From: Eledone cirrhosa
Taxonomy: Eukaryota
Reading direction: 5' to 3'
Length of the DNA stretch: 64,000 nucleotides
Assembly: GCA_964016885.1 (NCBI GenBank)
Contig: CAXHJY010001609.1
Location: forward strand, 248,001-312,000
The notes beneath the pieces are model-generated. The model saw only the letters and a program-made list of their open reading frames with translations. It was not told where the DNA came from and searched no databases. Position 1 is the first letter of the stretch. Each line of letters begins with the position of its first letter. Shown one piece after another: positions 29,468-43,869 of the stretch. The position numbers and the translations under genes were made by a program.

Positions 29468-31489
29468 ACTTACATTTAAGTAAGTGCCATACTAAGAGTG
29501 AGAAATGAAATTTCGTTTTCATTTTTGTCAACTTATCGTTTTCGGTATGCCTGACCGATTTAACTCACTCAATATGCAAATTAGGCTGCTCAGCCGTTAA
29601 TTTTCATAAGGAAAGTATATACTTTCGAACGTTCAACTATCTGGCAGATGGGTAAACGGTGTTGATGATAGCTAACAAGCTTGAAACTAGTACATCGTTC
29701 CTGTGTCAGTGTTGAACAAAAAGGTGACGTGGTTGCCTTAACACCGTATGGCATAAATTCAGGCTATTCGGATTGTTAACAAACAAACGAACAAAGCGGC
29801 GTTGTAATAAACGTCCGCTAAACTGATGCGTGCATATATGTATGTGTACCTGTATGCATATATGTATATATATGTATATATATGTATATATATATATATG
29901 TATATATATGCATGCTACTGTACGTCTGTATACATATATGTATGTACGTATACATACATACTTACATTTAAGTAAGTGCCATACTAAGAGTGAGAAATGA
30001 AATTTCGTTTTCATTTTTTTCAACTTATCGTTTTCGGTATGGCTGACGGATTTAACTCACTCAATATGCAAATTAGGCTGCTCAGCCGTTAATTTTCATA
30101 AGGAAAGTATATACTTTCGAACGTTCAACTATCTGGCAGATGGGTAAACGGTGCTGATGATAGCTAACAAGCTTGAAACTAGTACATCGTTCCTGTGTCA
30201 GTGTTGAACAAAAAGGTGACGTGGTTGCCTTAACACCGTATGGCATAAATTCAGGCTGTTCGGTTTGTTGACAAACAAACGAACAAAGCGGCGTTGTAAT
30301 AAAGGTCCGCTAAACTGATGCGTGCATATATGTATGTGTACCTGTATGCATATATGTATATATATGTATATATATATATATATATGTATATACATGCATG
30401 CTACTGTACGTCTGTATACATATATGTATGTACGTATACATACATACTTACATTTAAGTAAGTGCCATACTAAGAGTGAGAAATGAAATTTCGTTTTCAT
30501 TTTTTTCAACTTATCGTTTTCGGTATGCCTGACCGATTTAACTCACTCAATATGCAAATTAGGCTGCTCAGCCGTTAATTTTCATAAGGAAAGTATATAC
30601 TTTCGAACGTTCAACTATCTGGCAGATGGGTAAACGGTGCTGATGATAGCTAACAAGCTTGAAACTAGTACATCGTTCCTGTGTCAGTGTTGAACAAAAA
30701 GGTGACGTGGTTGCCTTAACACCGTATGGCATAAATTCAGGCTGTTCGGTTTGTTGACAAACAAACGAACAAAGCGGCGTTGTAATAAACGTCCGCTAAA
30801 CTGATGCGTGCATATATGTATGTGTACCTGTATGCATATATGTATATATATGTATATATATGTATATATATATATATGTATATATATGCATGCTACTGTA
30901 CGTCTTTATACATATATGTATGTACGTATACATACATACTTACATTTAAGTAAGTGCCATACTAAGAGTGAGAAATGAAATTTCGTTTTCATTTTTTTCA
31001 ACTTATCGTTTTCGGTATGGCTGACCGATTTAACTCACTCAATATGCAAATTAGGCTGCTCAGCCGTTAATTTTCATAAGGAAAGTATATACTTTCGAAC
31101 GTTCAACTATCTGGCAGATGGGTAAACGGTGCTGATGATAGCTAACAAGCTTGAAACTAGTACATCGTTCCTGTGTCAGTGTTGAACAAAAAGGTGACGT
31201 GGTTGCCTTAACACCGTATGGCATAAATTCAGGCTGTTCGGTTTGTTGACAAACAAACGAACAAAGCGGCGTTGTAATAAAGGTCCGCTAAACTGATGCA
31301 TGCATATATGTATGTGTACCTGTATGTATATATGTATATATATGTATATATATGTATATATATATGTATATATATGCATGCTACTGTACGTCTGTATACA
31401 TATATGTATGTACGTATACATACATACTTACATTTAAGTAAGTGCCATACTAAGAGTGAGAAATGAAATTTCGTTTTCATTTTTTTCAA

Positions 31490-31492
<3 letters not shown>
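29468..31492 (+). repeat. 4 units of the ~490-bp HHR-bearing satellite (inverted relative to the main array)
   Basis: Reverse complement of 46277-48300, with matching unit variants. Confidence 0.93.
30147..30191 (+). ncRNA. Minimal type I hammerhead (family A), representative copy
   Basis: AACGGTG CTGATGA T AGCT AACA AGCT T GAAA CTAG TA CATCGTT. Confidence 0.82.
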
Positions 31493-31571
<79 letters not shown>

Positions 31572-31670
31572 TATATATATATATATATATATAGATATAT
31601 ATATAGATATATATATATATATATATATATATAGATATATATATATATATAGATATATATATATATATAT

Positions 31671-31707
<37 letters not shown>

Positions 31708-31984
31708 TATATATAGATATATATATATATATAGATATATATATATATAGATATATAAATATATATATAGATATATATATATATAGATATATATATATAT
31801 ATATATATAGATATATATATATATATATAGATATATATATATATAGATATATATATATATATATAGATATATATATAGATATATATATAGATATATATAT
31901 ATATATATATATATAGATATATATATATATATATAGATATATATATATATAGATATATATATATAGATATAGATATATATATAT

Positions 31985-32021
<37 letters not shown>

Positions 32022-32104
32022 GGAGGTGAGTTTTATTGTAGTACAATAAAGCAATGCAGATATCGGATAAGAAGCACTCTACAGTTTGTGGGACTGGAGT
32101 ATGC

Positions 32105-33890
32105 ATAATATAAGATCAAAAGATGGTTAAAGGAGTTCAATATATTTTATTATGCGCATTTCAAAAACAAACATCATCAAACAATAATATTTGTGTTTTC
32201 ATCAGATAAAACAGGAGAACATGATATGAAGGCTAAAAAAACACTTGTTGATAGTGCAATCATCATTCATCTTTCAAATACAAACTTAAAAGAACTAACA
32301 CTGCTCTCTCAGAACTCATATGGTCCTTAAAAGACAAAAACATTAAATATAACATCTTTTGGAAAAAGATTTCTTCTGCATCCTCGTACTTGAACAGTTC
32401 TCTATCTAAAATCTGTAATCTCTGCCTAAATGAAAAATTTACCATTATCTCTAACCTAGAATCCATAATAAATAGACGCTCGGATTTGTTTTCCATCTGC
32501 CTCCATAAATTCCATAGAACTTTTCACAAAGTATACAGTTAATATTCAATTCTTTATCAATTTAGAATCTTTTCTCAAAGGCACATATACATACACCTCT
32601 TTAAAATATACCCATCTACCTTACTTTAAAGGGCATTATACACTCTATAGTACTCGTTTATTCATTTACCTCATCCTATCTTCTCGTAAAACAATAACAT
32701 TTGTTTTTGACATTTTGAATATTCATCCGCAATCATTATTATTTTTTTTTTTTTTTCCCTCTATCATAAATCTTTTTAATCTCAATTTCATCCTTAATTT
32801 ATTATTATATATTTTTTTTAATATATACTCATATATTCTTTAAAATATACCCATCTACCTTACTTTAAAGGGCATTATACACTCTATAATACCCGTTTAC
32901 TCATCACCCTCATTATATCTCTTCGTAAAACAATAACATTTGTTTTTGACATTTTGAGTATTCATCCGCAATCATTATTATTTTTTCTCTCTATCATAAA
33001 TCTTTTTAATCTCAATTTCATCCTTAATTTATTATTATTTTTTTCTCCCCATCAACGAACTCATTATTAATACATATGAATTCAATATAAAAACTTTAAC
33101 TTCACATTATTTTTCTCAAATCCTATACATAAACATTTTCTCTTTGCTAATTTTAAGATTCCTACATTTCTCCTTTTGAATATTCACCCACAATTATTAT
33201 TTTTTTTCTCTCTATCTCCATACATAATCTCCCTTCGTTATTTTTTTCTCTCTATCTCCATACATAATTTCCCTTCGTTAATTTTCAAATTCCTTTAATT
33301 TATACATTATCTTCCAACGGTTCCCAACCTCTCTATATTAAAACATTATATCTTTTTCTCAGTTATAAAAACTATCTCTTTCTCTCTATCACCCATCTCT
33401 CCCTTTCCACCTTCACTCTCATCTCCTCCCCTTTTTTTTCATCCTTTCCACCCCCACCCCTCCCTAAATATAATATATTTTTTCCTCGCACATATCCTCC
33501 CTTCGTTAATTTTCAAAAATTTTTAATTTATACAGTATCTTCCAACGGCTTTCAACCCCTCTATATAAAATATATCTCCTCTCTGTTATAAAAACTATCT
33601 CTTTCTCTCTATCACCCATCTCTCCCTCTCATCTCCTTCCCTTTTCATCCTTTTCTCTCCCCCCCCTCTCTAAATAAAATATTTTTCCCAATATCACACA
33701 TCAATCTAAAACCACTTTTCATATGTTGATTTAAAACTGCACTATCAACAAGTGTTTTTTTAGCCTTCATATCATGTTCTCCTGTTTTATCTGATGAAAA
33801 CACAAATATTATTGTTTGATGATGTTTGTTTTTGAAATGCGCATAATAAAATATATTGAACTCCTTTAACCATCTTTTGATCTTATATTA
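32105..33890. mobile_element. ~1.8-kb unit bounded by ~155-bp inverted repeats, each carrying a family-B HHR (32145-32211 -, 33785-33851 +)
   Basis: Terminal inverted repeats are homologous to 19595-19920. The interior is AT-rich with internal duplications and no recognisable ORF. Mirror copy at 43870-45655. Confidence 0.75.
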
Positions 33891-33901
33891 TATATATATA
33901 T

Positions 33902-33944
<43 letters not shown>

Positions 33945-34015
33945 TATAGATAGATATATATATATATATATATATATATAGATATATATATATATATATA
34001 TATATAGATATATAG

Positions 34016-34050
<35 letters not shown>

Positions 34051-34109
34051 TATATATATATATAGATATATATATATATAGAGAGAGATATATATATATA
34101 TATATATAT

Positions 34110-34184
<75 letters not shown>

Positions 34185-34238
34185 TAGATATATATATATA
34201 TATATATATATAGATATAGATATATATATAGATATATA

Positions 34239-34269
<31 letters not shown>

Positions 34270-34281
34270 ATAGATATATAT

Positions 34282-34322
<41 letters not shown>

Positions 34323-34365
34323 TATATATATATATATATATAGATATAGATATATATATATATAT

Positions 34366-34436
<71 letters not shown>

Positions 34437-34485
34437 TATATATATATATATAGAGAGAGATATATATATATATATATATATAGAT

Positions 34486-34550
<65 letters not shown>

Positions 34551-34567
34551 TATATATAGATATATAT

Positions 34568-34608
<41 letters not shown>

Positions 34609-34679
34609 TATATAGATATATATAGATATATATATATATATATAGATATATATAGATATAGATATATATATAGAGAGAG

Positions 34680-34726
<47 letters not shown>

Positions 34727-34775
34727 TATATATATATATATATATATAGAGAGATATATATATATATATATATAG

Positions 34776-34840
<65 letters not shown>

Positions 34841-34949
34841 TAGATATATATATATAGATATATATATATAGATATATATATATATATATATAGATATATA
34901 TATATATATATAGAGAGATATATATAGATATATATATATAGATATATAT

Positions 34950-34989
<40 letters not shown>

Positions 34990-35180
34990 ATATATATATA
35001 GATATATATATATATAGAGATATATATAGAGATATATATAGAGATATATATATATATAGATATATATATATATATAGATATATAATATATATATAGATAT
35101 ATATAGATATAGATATATATAGATATAGATATATATAGATATAGATATATATAGATATAGATATATATATATATAGATAT

Positions 35181-35235
<55 letters not shown>

Positions 35236-35535
35236 GATATATATATATATAGATATATATATATCTATATCTATATATATCTATATATATATATATATAT
35301 ATATATATCTATATATATATATATCTCTATATAAATCTCTATATATATCTCTATATATATATATATATCTATATATATATCGTTATACTTTGGGAGGGTC
35401 ATGTTGCCAATAAGAAACACACGCACCAGTTGCTTTCACTTCAATTTAATTTAATATATATTTATAAATTTACAAATTTATAAATTTCTGGTTGGTTGGT
35501 TGGTTCCACAACCAGATAGTTGTTTATATATATAT

Positions 35536-35580
35536 AGTCATAGTTCTTTCGTCACACACTCTGTGACCTCTTCAGTGACT
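35536..35580 (-). ncRNA. Minimal hammerhead in Penelope pLTR (family C)
   Basis: Mirror of 37386-37430. Confidence 0.75.
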
Positions 35581-35877
35581 GGGGATTTCTTTCTTCGTTT
35601 CTGTGCCTTTCCTTTCTTCTATCCTACGCCATTTTGTTTGTGTGTGGGTTGCGTGCTCAGTTTGCGCATGCGCCACATCCGGGTGTCTGTGTGTGTTTGT
35701 GTTCATTTTTCTATTTTTCTATTTATATTTGTTTGTTTATTTATTTATTTATTGTTGGTTGGTTGTTTGTTCTATGTGTGTGTGTGTTTTCATTTTGTCT
35801 TGTGTGTGTTTTCATTTTGTGTGTGTTTTCAATTGTAAGTTGTTTGTTCTATGTGTGTGTGTGTTTTCATTTTGTCC

Positions 35878-36411
35878 TTAATTGTAAGTTTTGATGTTGC
35901 TGTTCCACTCATATTTTCTATTTAATTTTGGTTTTAATTCTTTTATGCTTACTGCCTCTGTAATTTGCCTAAACATTGCGTCTTTCTTGTGTGTGGATTC
36001 TATTTTTATTTCTATGCTCTCTAATTTACCCCTGTGTTCTATCTTAGCATGTTGGTAGAGCACAGATGATTCTTTACTATCTTGGAGGTCTCGCCAGTGT
36101 TCATTTATTCGTTCCCCTATACTACGAGCTGTCTCACCTATGTACACTATATTTTTGTTTCTACATTGTCCCTCAGTACATCTTATGCTATATACTACAT
36201 TTCTAGTTTTACAGTTAATATGGGGGCTTATTTTACAGGTTATACATTTCTTATCTATACATGAGGGTCTTTGGAACGGGTATGTCTTGCTAATAAGTGT
36301 TTTTACGGAGGTACCAGGTCTTTCTACTATCTTAATATTGAGATTATGTTTCTTTAGGGCCCTTCTAAATTTGTAGGCTAGTTCACCTCTAGGGGTTGTA
36401 TTGATGAACAT
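35878..36411 (-). CDS. Penelope-type GIY-YIG endonuclease domain (truncated ORF)
   Basis: Cys linker, NVVYSIRC..VYIGETARSIGERINEH..RQITEA..LN. Confidence 0.85.
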   Translation of the reverse strand: MFINTTPRGELAYKFRRALKKHNLNIKIVERPGTSVKTLISKTYPFQRPSCIDKKCITCKISPHINCKTRNVVYSIRCTEGQCRNKNIVYIGETARSIGERINEHWRDLQDSKESSVLYQHAKIEHRGKLESIEIKIESTHKKDAMFRQITEAVSIKELKPKLNRKYEWNSNIKTYN

Positions 36412-36554
36412 TATACTCTGGTATTTATTGCTATCATACCATGAGTTTATTCTATTGGCCTTGTTCTTAGTTCTTTCTATAGAAAGAACTAAGAACTAAG
36501 AACAAGGCCAATAGAATAAACTCATGGTATGATAGCAATAAATACCAGAGTATA

Positions 36555-37088
36555 ATGTTCATCAATACAACCCCTAGAGGTGAACTAGCCTACAAATTTA
36601 GAAGGGCCCTAAAGAAACATAATCTCAATATTAAGATAGTAGAAAGACCTGGTACCTCCGTAAAAACACTTATTAGCAAGACATACCCGTTCCAAAGACC
36701 CTCATGTATAGATAAGAAATGTATAACCTGTAAAATAAGCCCCCATATTAACTGTAAAACTAGAAATGTAGTATATAGCATAAGATGTACTGAGGGACAA
36801 TGTAGAAACAAAAATATAGTGTACATAGGTGAGACAGCTCGTAGTATAGGGGAACGAATAAATGAACACTGGCGAGACCTCCAAGATAGTAAAGAATCAT
36901 CTGTGCTCTACCAACATGCTAAGATAGAACACAGGGGTAAATTAGAGAGCATAGAAATAAAAATAGAATCCACACACAAGAAAGACGCAATGTTTAGGCA
37001 AATTACAGAGGCAGTAAGCATAAAAGAATTAAAACCAAAATTAAATAGAAAATATGAGTGGAACAGCAACATCAAAACTTACAATTAA
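36555..37088 (+). CDS. Penelope-type GIY-YIG endonuclease domain (truncated ORF)
   Basis: Identical 177 aa to the mirror copy. The frame is open upstream (..NSWYDSNKYQSIMF); the RT core is absent. Confidence 0.85.
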   Translation: MFINTTPRGELAYKFRRALKKHNLNIKIVERPGTSVKTLISKTYPFQRPSCIDKKCITCKISPHINCKTRNVVYSIRCTEGQCRNKNIVYIGETARSIGERINEHWRDLQDSKESSVLYQHAKIEHRGKLESIEIKIESTHKKDAMFRQITEAVSIKELKPKLNRKYEWNSNIKTYN

Positions 37089-37385
37089 GGACAAAATGAA
37101 AACACACACACACATAGAACAAACAACTTACAATTGAAAACACACACAAAATGAAAACACACACAAGACAAAATGAAAACACACACACACATAGAACAAA
37201 CAACCAACCAACAATAAATAAATAAATAAACAAACAAATATAAATAGAAAAATAGAAAAATGAACACAAACACACACAGACACCCGGATGTGGCGCATGC
37301 GCAAACTGAGCACGCAACCCACACACAAACAAAATGGCGTAGGATAGAAGAAAGGAAAGGCACAGAAACGAAGAAAGAAATCCCC

Positions 37386-37430
37386 AGTCACTGAAGAGGT
37401 CACAGAGTGTGTGACGAAAGAACTATGACT
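37386..37430 (+). ncRNA. Minimal hammerhead in Penelope pLTR (family C)
   Basis: AGTCA CTGAAGA G GTCACA gagtg TGTGAC GAAA G AA C TA TGACT. Confidence 0.78.
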
Positions 37431-37730
37431 ATATATATATAAACAACTATCTGGTTGTGGAACCAACCAACCAACCAGAAATTTATAAATTTGTAAATTT
37501 ATAAATATATATTAAATTAAATTGAAGTGAAAGCAACTGGTGCGTGTGTTTCTTATTGGCAACATGACCCTCCCAAAGTATAACGATATATATATAGATA
37601 TATATATATATATAGAGATATATATAGAGATTTATATAGAGATATATATATATATAGATATATATATATATATATATATATATAGATATATATAGATATA
37701 GATATATATATATCTATATATATATATATC

Positions 37731-37785
<55 letters not shown>

Positions 37786-37976
37786 ATATCTATATATATA
37801 TATATCTATATCTATATATATCTATATCTATATATATCTATATCTATATATATCTATATCTATATATATCTATATATATATTATATATCTATATATATAT
37901 ATATATCTATATATATATATATCTCTATATATATCTCTATATATATCTCTATATATATATATATCTATATATATAT

Positions 37977-38014
<38 letters not shown>

Positions 38015-38123
38015 ATATATATCTATATATATATATCTATATATATCTCTCTATATATATATATATATATCTATATATATATATATATATATCTATATAT
38101 ATATATCTATATATATCTATCTA

Positions 38124-38248
<125 letters not shown>

Positions 38249-38295
38249 CTATATATATATATATATATATCTCTCTATATATATATATATATATA

Positions 38296-38340
<45 letters not shown>

Positions 38341-38415
38341 CTCTCTCTCTCTATATATATATCTATATCTATATATATCTATATATATATATATATATCT
38401 ATATATATCTATATA

Positions 38416-38456
<41 letters not shown>

Positions 38457-38497
38457 ATATATATCTATATATATCTATATATATATATATATCTATA

Positions 38498-38532
<35 letters not shown>

Positions 38533-38581
38533 ATCTATATATATATATATATATATCTCTCTCTCTATATATATATATATA

Positions 38582-38656
<75 letters not shown>

Positions 38657-38699
38657 ATATATATATATCTATCTATATCTATATATATATATATATATA

Positions 38700-38768
<69 letters not shown>

Positions 38769-38827
38769 ATATATATATATATATATATATCTCTCTATAT
38801 ATATATATATATCTATATATATATATA

Positions 38828-38862
<35 letters not shown>

Positions 38863-38966
38863 CTATATATCTATATATATATATATATATATCTATATAT
38901 ATATATATATATATAAAATATTAAACAAATAATGAACAAACAATTCCTTATATTAAACAAAAAAAG

Positions 38967-39121
38967 TTCACTATTTAACGATCGTTTCTAGGGTATATAT
39001 GTGTTATAATTGGTATGCATATTTAACAGATCTATGTACAAAATTATACAAAATTATACAAATTATCAAGATTAAATATACATACCTAACTCATATATAC
39101 GCCGTCTTCAGAAATAATGAA
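38967..39121 (-). ncRNA. Hammerhead with long stem II (family D)
   Basis: Mirror of 43446-43600. Confidence 0.65.
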
Positions 39122-39891
39122 ATATATTTATTGATAATAACTACAATTCAAAATATCAGTTCAAAATTGACCAATGAAAACACAAAGGGTTAAAAGCAGT
39201 TTGGTGTGTGTATATATATGTAAAAACCTTACACATATTTTACAATAATGTGTGTATAATTTGTATGTGCATACTAAAAAGATGGATGCAAACACAAAAT
39301 TTCAAGGTTAATATCTCTGTAAGCTTAATGCGCTGATAAGATACGCAATGATACTTATGGAGTCAAGCATATAAATATATTTTTTTCATACTCACACATA
39401 TCAGTATAATCACACATACATGTGCGTATATGCATAAATATACACATAATCACGAACATACAAACACACACACTCCCCCACTCACATTTATATATGTGGA
39501 TATAAAATCATAAGCAAATAGAAATTAAGTCACTCACATAAAAACACTGGTACACACATTTCAAGATCAAGATACAGAAATTAGGTGGGAGGGGGGGGGA
39601 GGGGTCAGTATTAGATTGTCAGACCAGACAGCCTAATATAAATGTATCTATAAATTAAGAAAAATAAAAAAATAAAAACAATAAAATATAATAAATATAA
39701 TATAATGTACATACACATACAGATATACATACACATACATACATGTACGCGCACATAGAGATATCTACACATACATACATACACACATACCTATACTGTC
39801 ATACACACACATACATTTACACGAACATACACATACACATATAAAAAAAGATATAAATACACACACTCTCACGCGCAACACATACACACAT

Positions 39892-39934
<43 letters not shown>

Positions 39935-40045
39935 TATACACACACACATAGACTCATATATATATATATACACATATACACATATATATACAAACATATA
40001 TATCCCCACACTCATACCACCATAAATACACATACAAACACCCAC

Positions 40046-40087
<42 letters not shown>

Positions 40088-42459
40088 ACATATACACACG
40101 TACACATATATATATATATATACACATACATACACATACATATACATATATACACACACATAAAAAACAGACATGCACATATATATATATATATATATAT
40201 ATATTTCATTACTCTTATATATACACATAGTATATATACATACACAACCTCACTTATACACATATACACATAAGTTATATTACAATAATAATAAAGAATA
40301 ATATATATATATATATATATATACATACACACATATACATATATACATATATATATATACATACACATACATACATACACATACATACATACACCCAAAT
40401 ATATACATACATAAATACACACATACGAATAAAGACATATATTCACACATAGACACCTATATACACATATATACATATATATATATATATATATCTATAT
40501 ATATACACATACATACATATATATACATATATATATATATACACACATACACACACACACACACACACAGACACACATATACACTCACATATATATATAT
40601 ATATATGTGTATGTGAGTGTGCGCAAATACATATATATATACACACACACATACAAACACACACAAACACATACATATGCATACGTGCACACACACACAC
40701 ATATATCACATAGATACGAAGATAAACATATAAATAGAGAGACATACAAATATATACAGAACCCATATACACATACATACAAACACGCATATACATATAC
40801 ATACATATATACACATATATATATTCCTATATACAAGCATACACATACATACACATATATACATATACATACACATATACATACCACACATTCACATACA
40901 CATACATATATAATACATATATATACATATATATACATACATATGTATGTACAATCATATATACACACTCAATCTTACATTCATATTTACATGCTCATAT
41001 ATGTATTTTTATATTTAGAAATAAATACCAAAACCTATATAGACACCCACCTACACATATATTCATACATATACGCTTACAAAAACAGATGATAATAGTA
41101 TGGGGGAAAGGGGGGGGTTTGGAGAAGGGGATCAAAGTAAATATATGTTTCAAGAAACATATAATATTTTCCGTATCTTAATTCAATGTATGTTCTTACA
41201 TATTTTCAGTGCTAGGAAATACGAAATCTATGCATCCCAAAATAAAAAAGTATACCATTAATCATATGTTAACTAAACCAAAGATAGTCAACATATTGAT
41301 TTCCAAGGTGTAAATTAGTTAGGTTTATAATATTTGAAGCAGAATTATGAAGTCAAACAGTAGTAGATTATTAATTACATTATAACTAAATTAAAGTTAA
41401 TAACGTTATGGTATCAATATTAGGAGATGAATTTAGTAATAGGGAAAAGAAACCCAAATAAAAATAAAATAAAGTATTACATCGGTAGTAGCATATAAAT
41501 TATATGTTAACTAAATTAAAAATTATATATTTATTTCAATAGTATACGTTAATTAGTATATGTTAATTAGGTATACAATACATAAAGCAGATATTGTATT
41601 TCATCAATAGCATAATATAATTATATGCAAATAAAAATCAAAATTAATACGCATACATATACATATACATACACATACACATACATATACATATACACAC
41701 ATATATATATATATATACATATATATACACATATATACATATATAGTCACATAAATATACATACAGATACACATACAATACACACATATACATATACATA
41801 TAGATATACATATCTTTTTCAAAAAATTGCACAGAATATATTAACTAGGTATATATCCAAAACACATCCCATTCTATGATTACATGACATTCTGCAATTC
41901 GTCTGTACAAGGATACTAATTTTAAGCAAATTAAAAATAAAGTTTTAGGTTGATTAAAACTAAAACCAAATAATAAATATATTTCCAAAATGTATATTAA
42001 TTAGGTCTATAATACTAAAAATTCTTTCTCCGTCATAGGATACATGATATTATTTTGTTATATTTTATCTGTAAAAGAATTATAATATGTGTATGTATGT
42101 GTATGTGTATGTATGTGTATGTATATATATATATGTGTATGTGTATGTATGTGTATGTATATATATGTGTATGTGTATGTATGTGTATGTATATATATAT
42201 ATGTATATATGTATATGTGTGTATGTATATATATATATATATATATATTATTCTTTATTATTATTGTAATATAACTTATGTGTATATGTGTATAAGTGAG
42301 GTTGTGTATGTATATATACTATGTGTATATATAAGAGTAATGAAATATATATATATATATATATATATGTGCATGTCTGTTTTTTATGTGTGTGTATATA
42401 TGTATATGTATGTGTATGTATGTGTATATATATATATATATGTGTACGTGTGTATATGT

Positions 42460-42497
<38 letters not shown>

Positions 42498-42608
42498 GTG
42501 GGTGTTTGTATGTGTATTTATGGTGGTATGAGTGTGGGGATATATATGTTTGTATATATATGTGTATATGTGTATATATATATATATGAGTCTATGTGTG
42601 TGTGTATA

Positions 42609-42649
<41 letters not shown>

Positions 42650-43445
42650 ATGTGTGTATGTGTTGCGCGTGAGAGTGTGTGTATTTATATCTTTTTTTAT
42701 ATGTGTATGTGTATGTTCGTGTAAATGTATGTGTGTGTATGACAGTATAGGTATGTGTGTATGTATGTATGTGTAGATATCTCTATGTGCGCGTACATGT
42801 ATGTATGTGTATGTATATCTGTATGTGTATGTACATTATATTATATTTATTATATTTTATTGTTTTTATTTTTTTTATTTTTTTTATTTTTTTTTTTTTT
42901 TATTTTTCTTAATTTATAGATACATTTATATTAGGCTGTCTGGTCTGACAATCTAATACTGACCCCTCCCCCCCCCTCCCACCTAATTTCTGTATCTTGA
43001 TCTTGAAATGTGTGTACCAGTGTTTTTATGTGAGTGACTTAATTTCTATTTGCTTATGATTTTATATCCACATATATAAATGTGAGTGGGGGAGTGTGTG
43101 TGTTTGTATGTTCGTGATTATGTGTATATTTATGCATATACGCACATGTATGTGTGATTATACTGATATGTGTGAGTATGAAAAAAATATATTTATATGC
43201 TTGACTCCATAAGTATCATTGCGTATCTTATCAGCGCATTAAGCTTACAGAGATATTAACCTTGAAATTTTGTGTTTGCATCCATCTTTTTAGTATGCAC
43301 ATACAAATTATACACACATTATTGTAAAATATGTGTAAGGTTTTTACATGTATATACACACACCAAACTGCTTTTAACCCTTTGTGTTTTCATTGGTCAA
43401 TTTTGAACTGATATTTTGAATTGTAGTTATTATCAATAAATATAT

Positions 43446-43600
43446 TTCATTATTTCTGAAGACGGCGTATATATGAGTTAGGTATGTATATTTAATCTTG
43501 ATAATTTGTATAATTTTGTATAATTTTGTACATAGATCTGTTAAATATGCATACCAATTATAACACATATATACCCTAGAAACGATCGTTAAATAGTGAA
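43446..43600 (+). ncRNA. Hammerhead with long stem II (family D)
   Basis: TTCATTATTT CTGAAGA [~115-nt hairpin: GTATATATG/CATATATAC, GGTATGTATATTTAA/TTAAATATGCATACC] GAAA CGATCG TT AAATAGTGAA. Confidence 0.68.
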
Positions 43601-43809
43601 CTTTTTTTGTTTAATATAAGGAATTGTTTGTTCATTATTTGTTTAATATTTTATCTTGACTCTGTATACCGTTTATCTTTCACCGAAAGTGGATTTTCAT
43701 TACATCTCTTCTTTCCATGATATCCGGAATACATTGAGTTCTTCATACGGATTGGACACTACCGTAAACTCTTGGTAGATTTATCTACATATATATATAT
43801 ATATATCTA

Positions 43810-43858
<49 letters not shown>

Positions 43859-43869
43859 ATATATATATA

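Larger units (their letters stand above)
35380..36479 (-). mobile_element. Penelope-like element, 5'-truncated (left arm of palindrome)
   Basis: Mirror of 36480-37585. Confidence 0.88.
38914..43653. repeat. Inverted repeat, arms ~38914-40380 and ~42085-43653, ~1.7-kb spacer
   Basis: Mirror ORFs at 38999-39193(+) and 43374-43568(-); unique sequence also matches. Confidence 0.9.

Noticed and set aside
32263-32496. 77-aa ORF MENKSERLF (mirror at 45263-45496)
   Set aside because: Short, with no recognisable motif; duplicated only because of the inversion.
43654-43790. Possible additional HHR in a short unique insert
   Set aside because: No intact CUGANGA with consistent stems.
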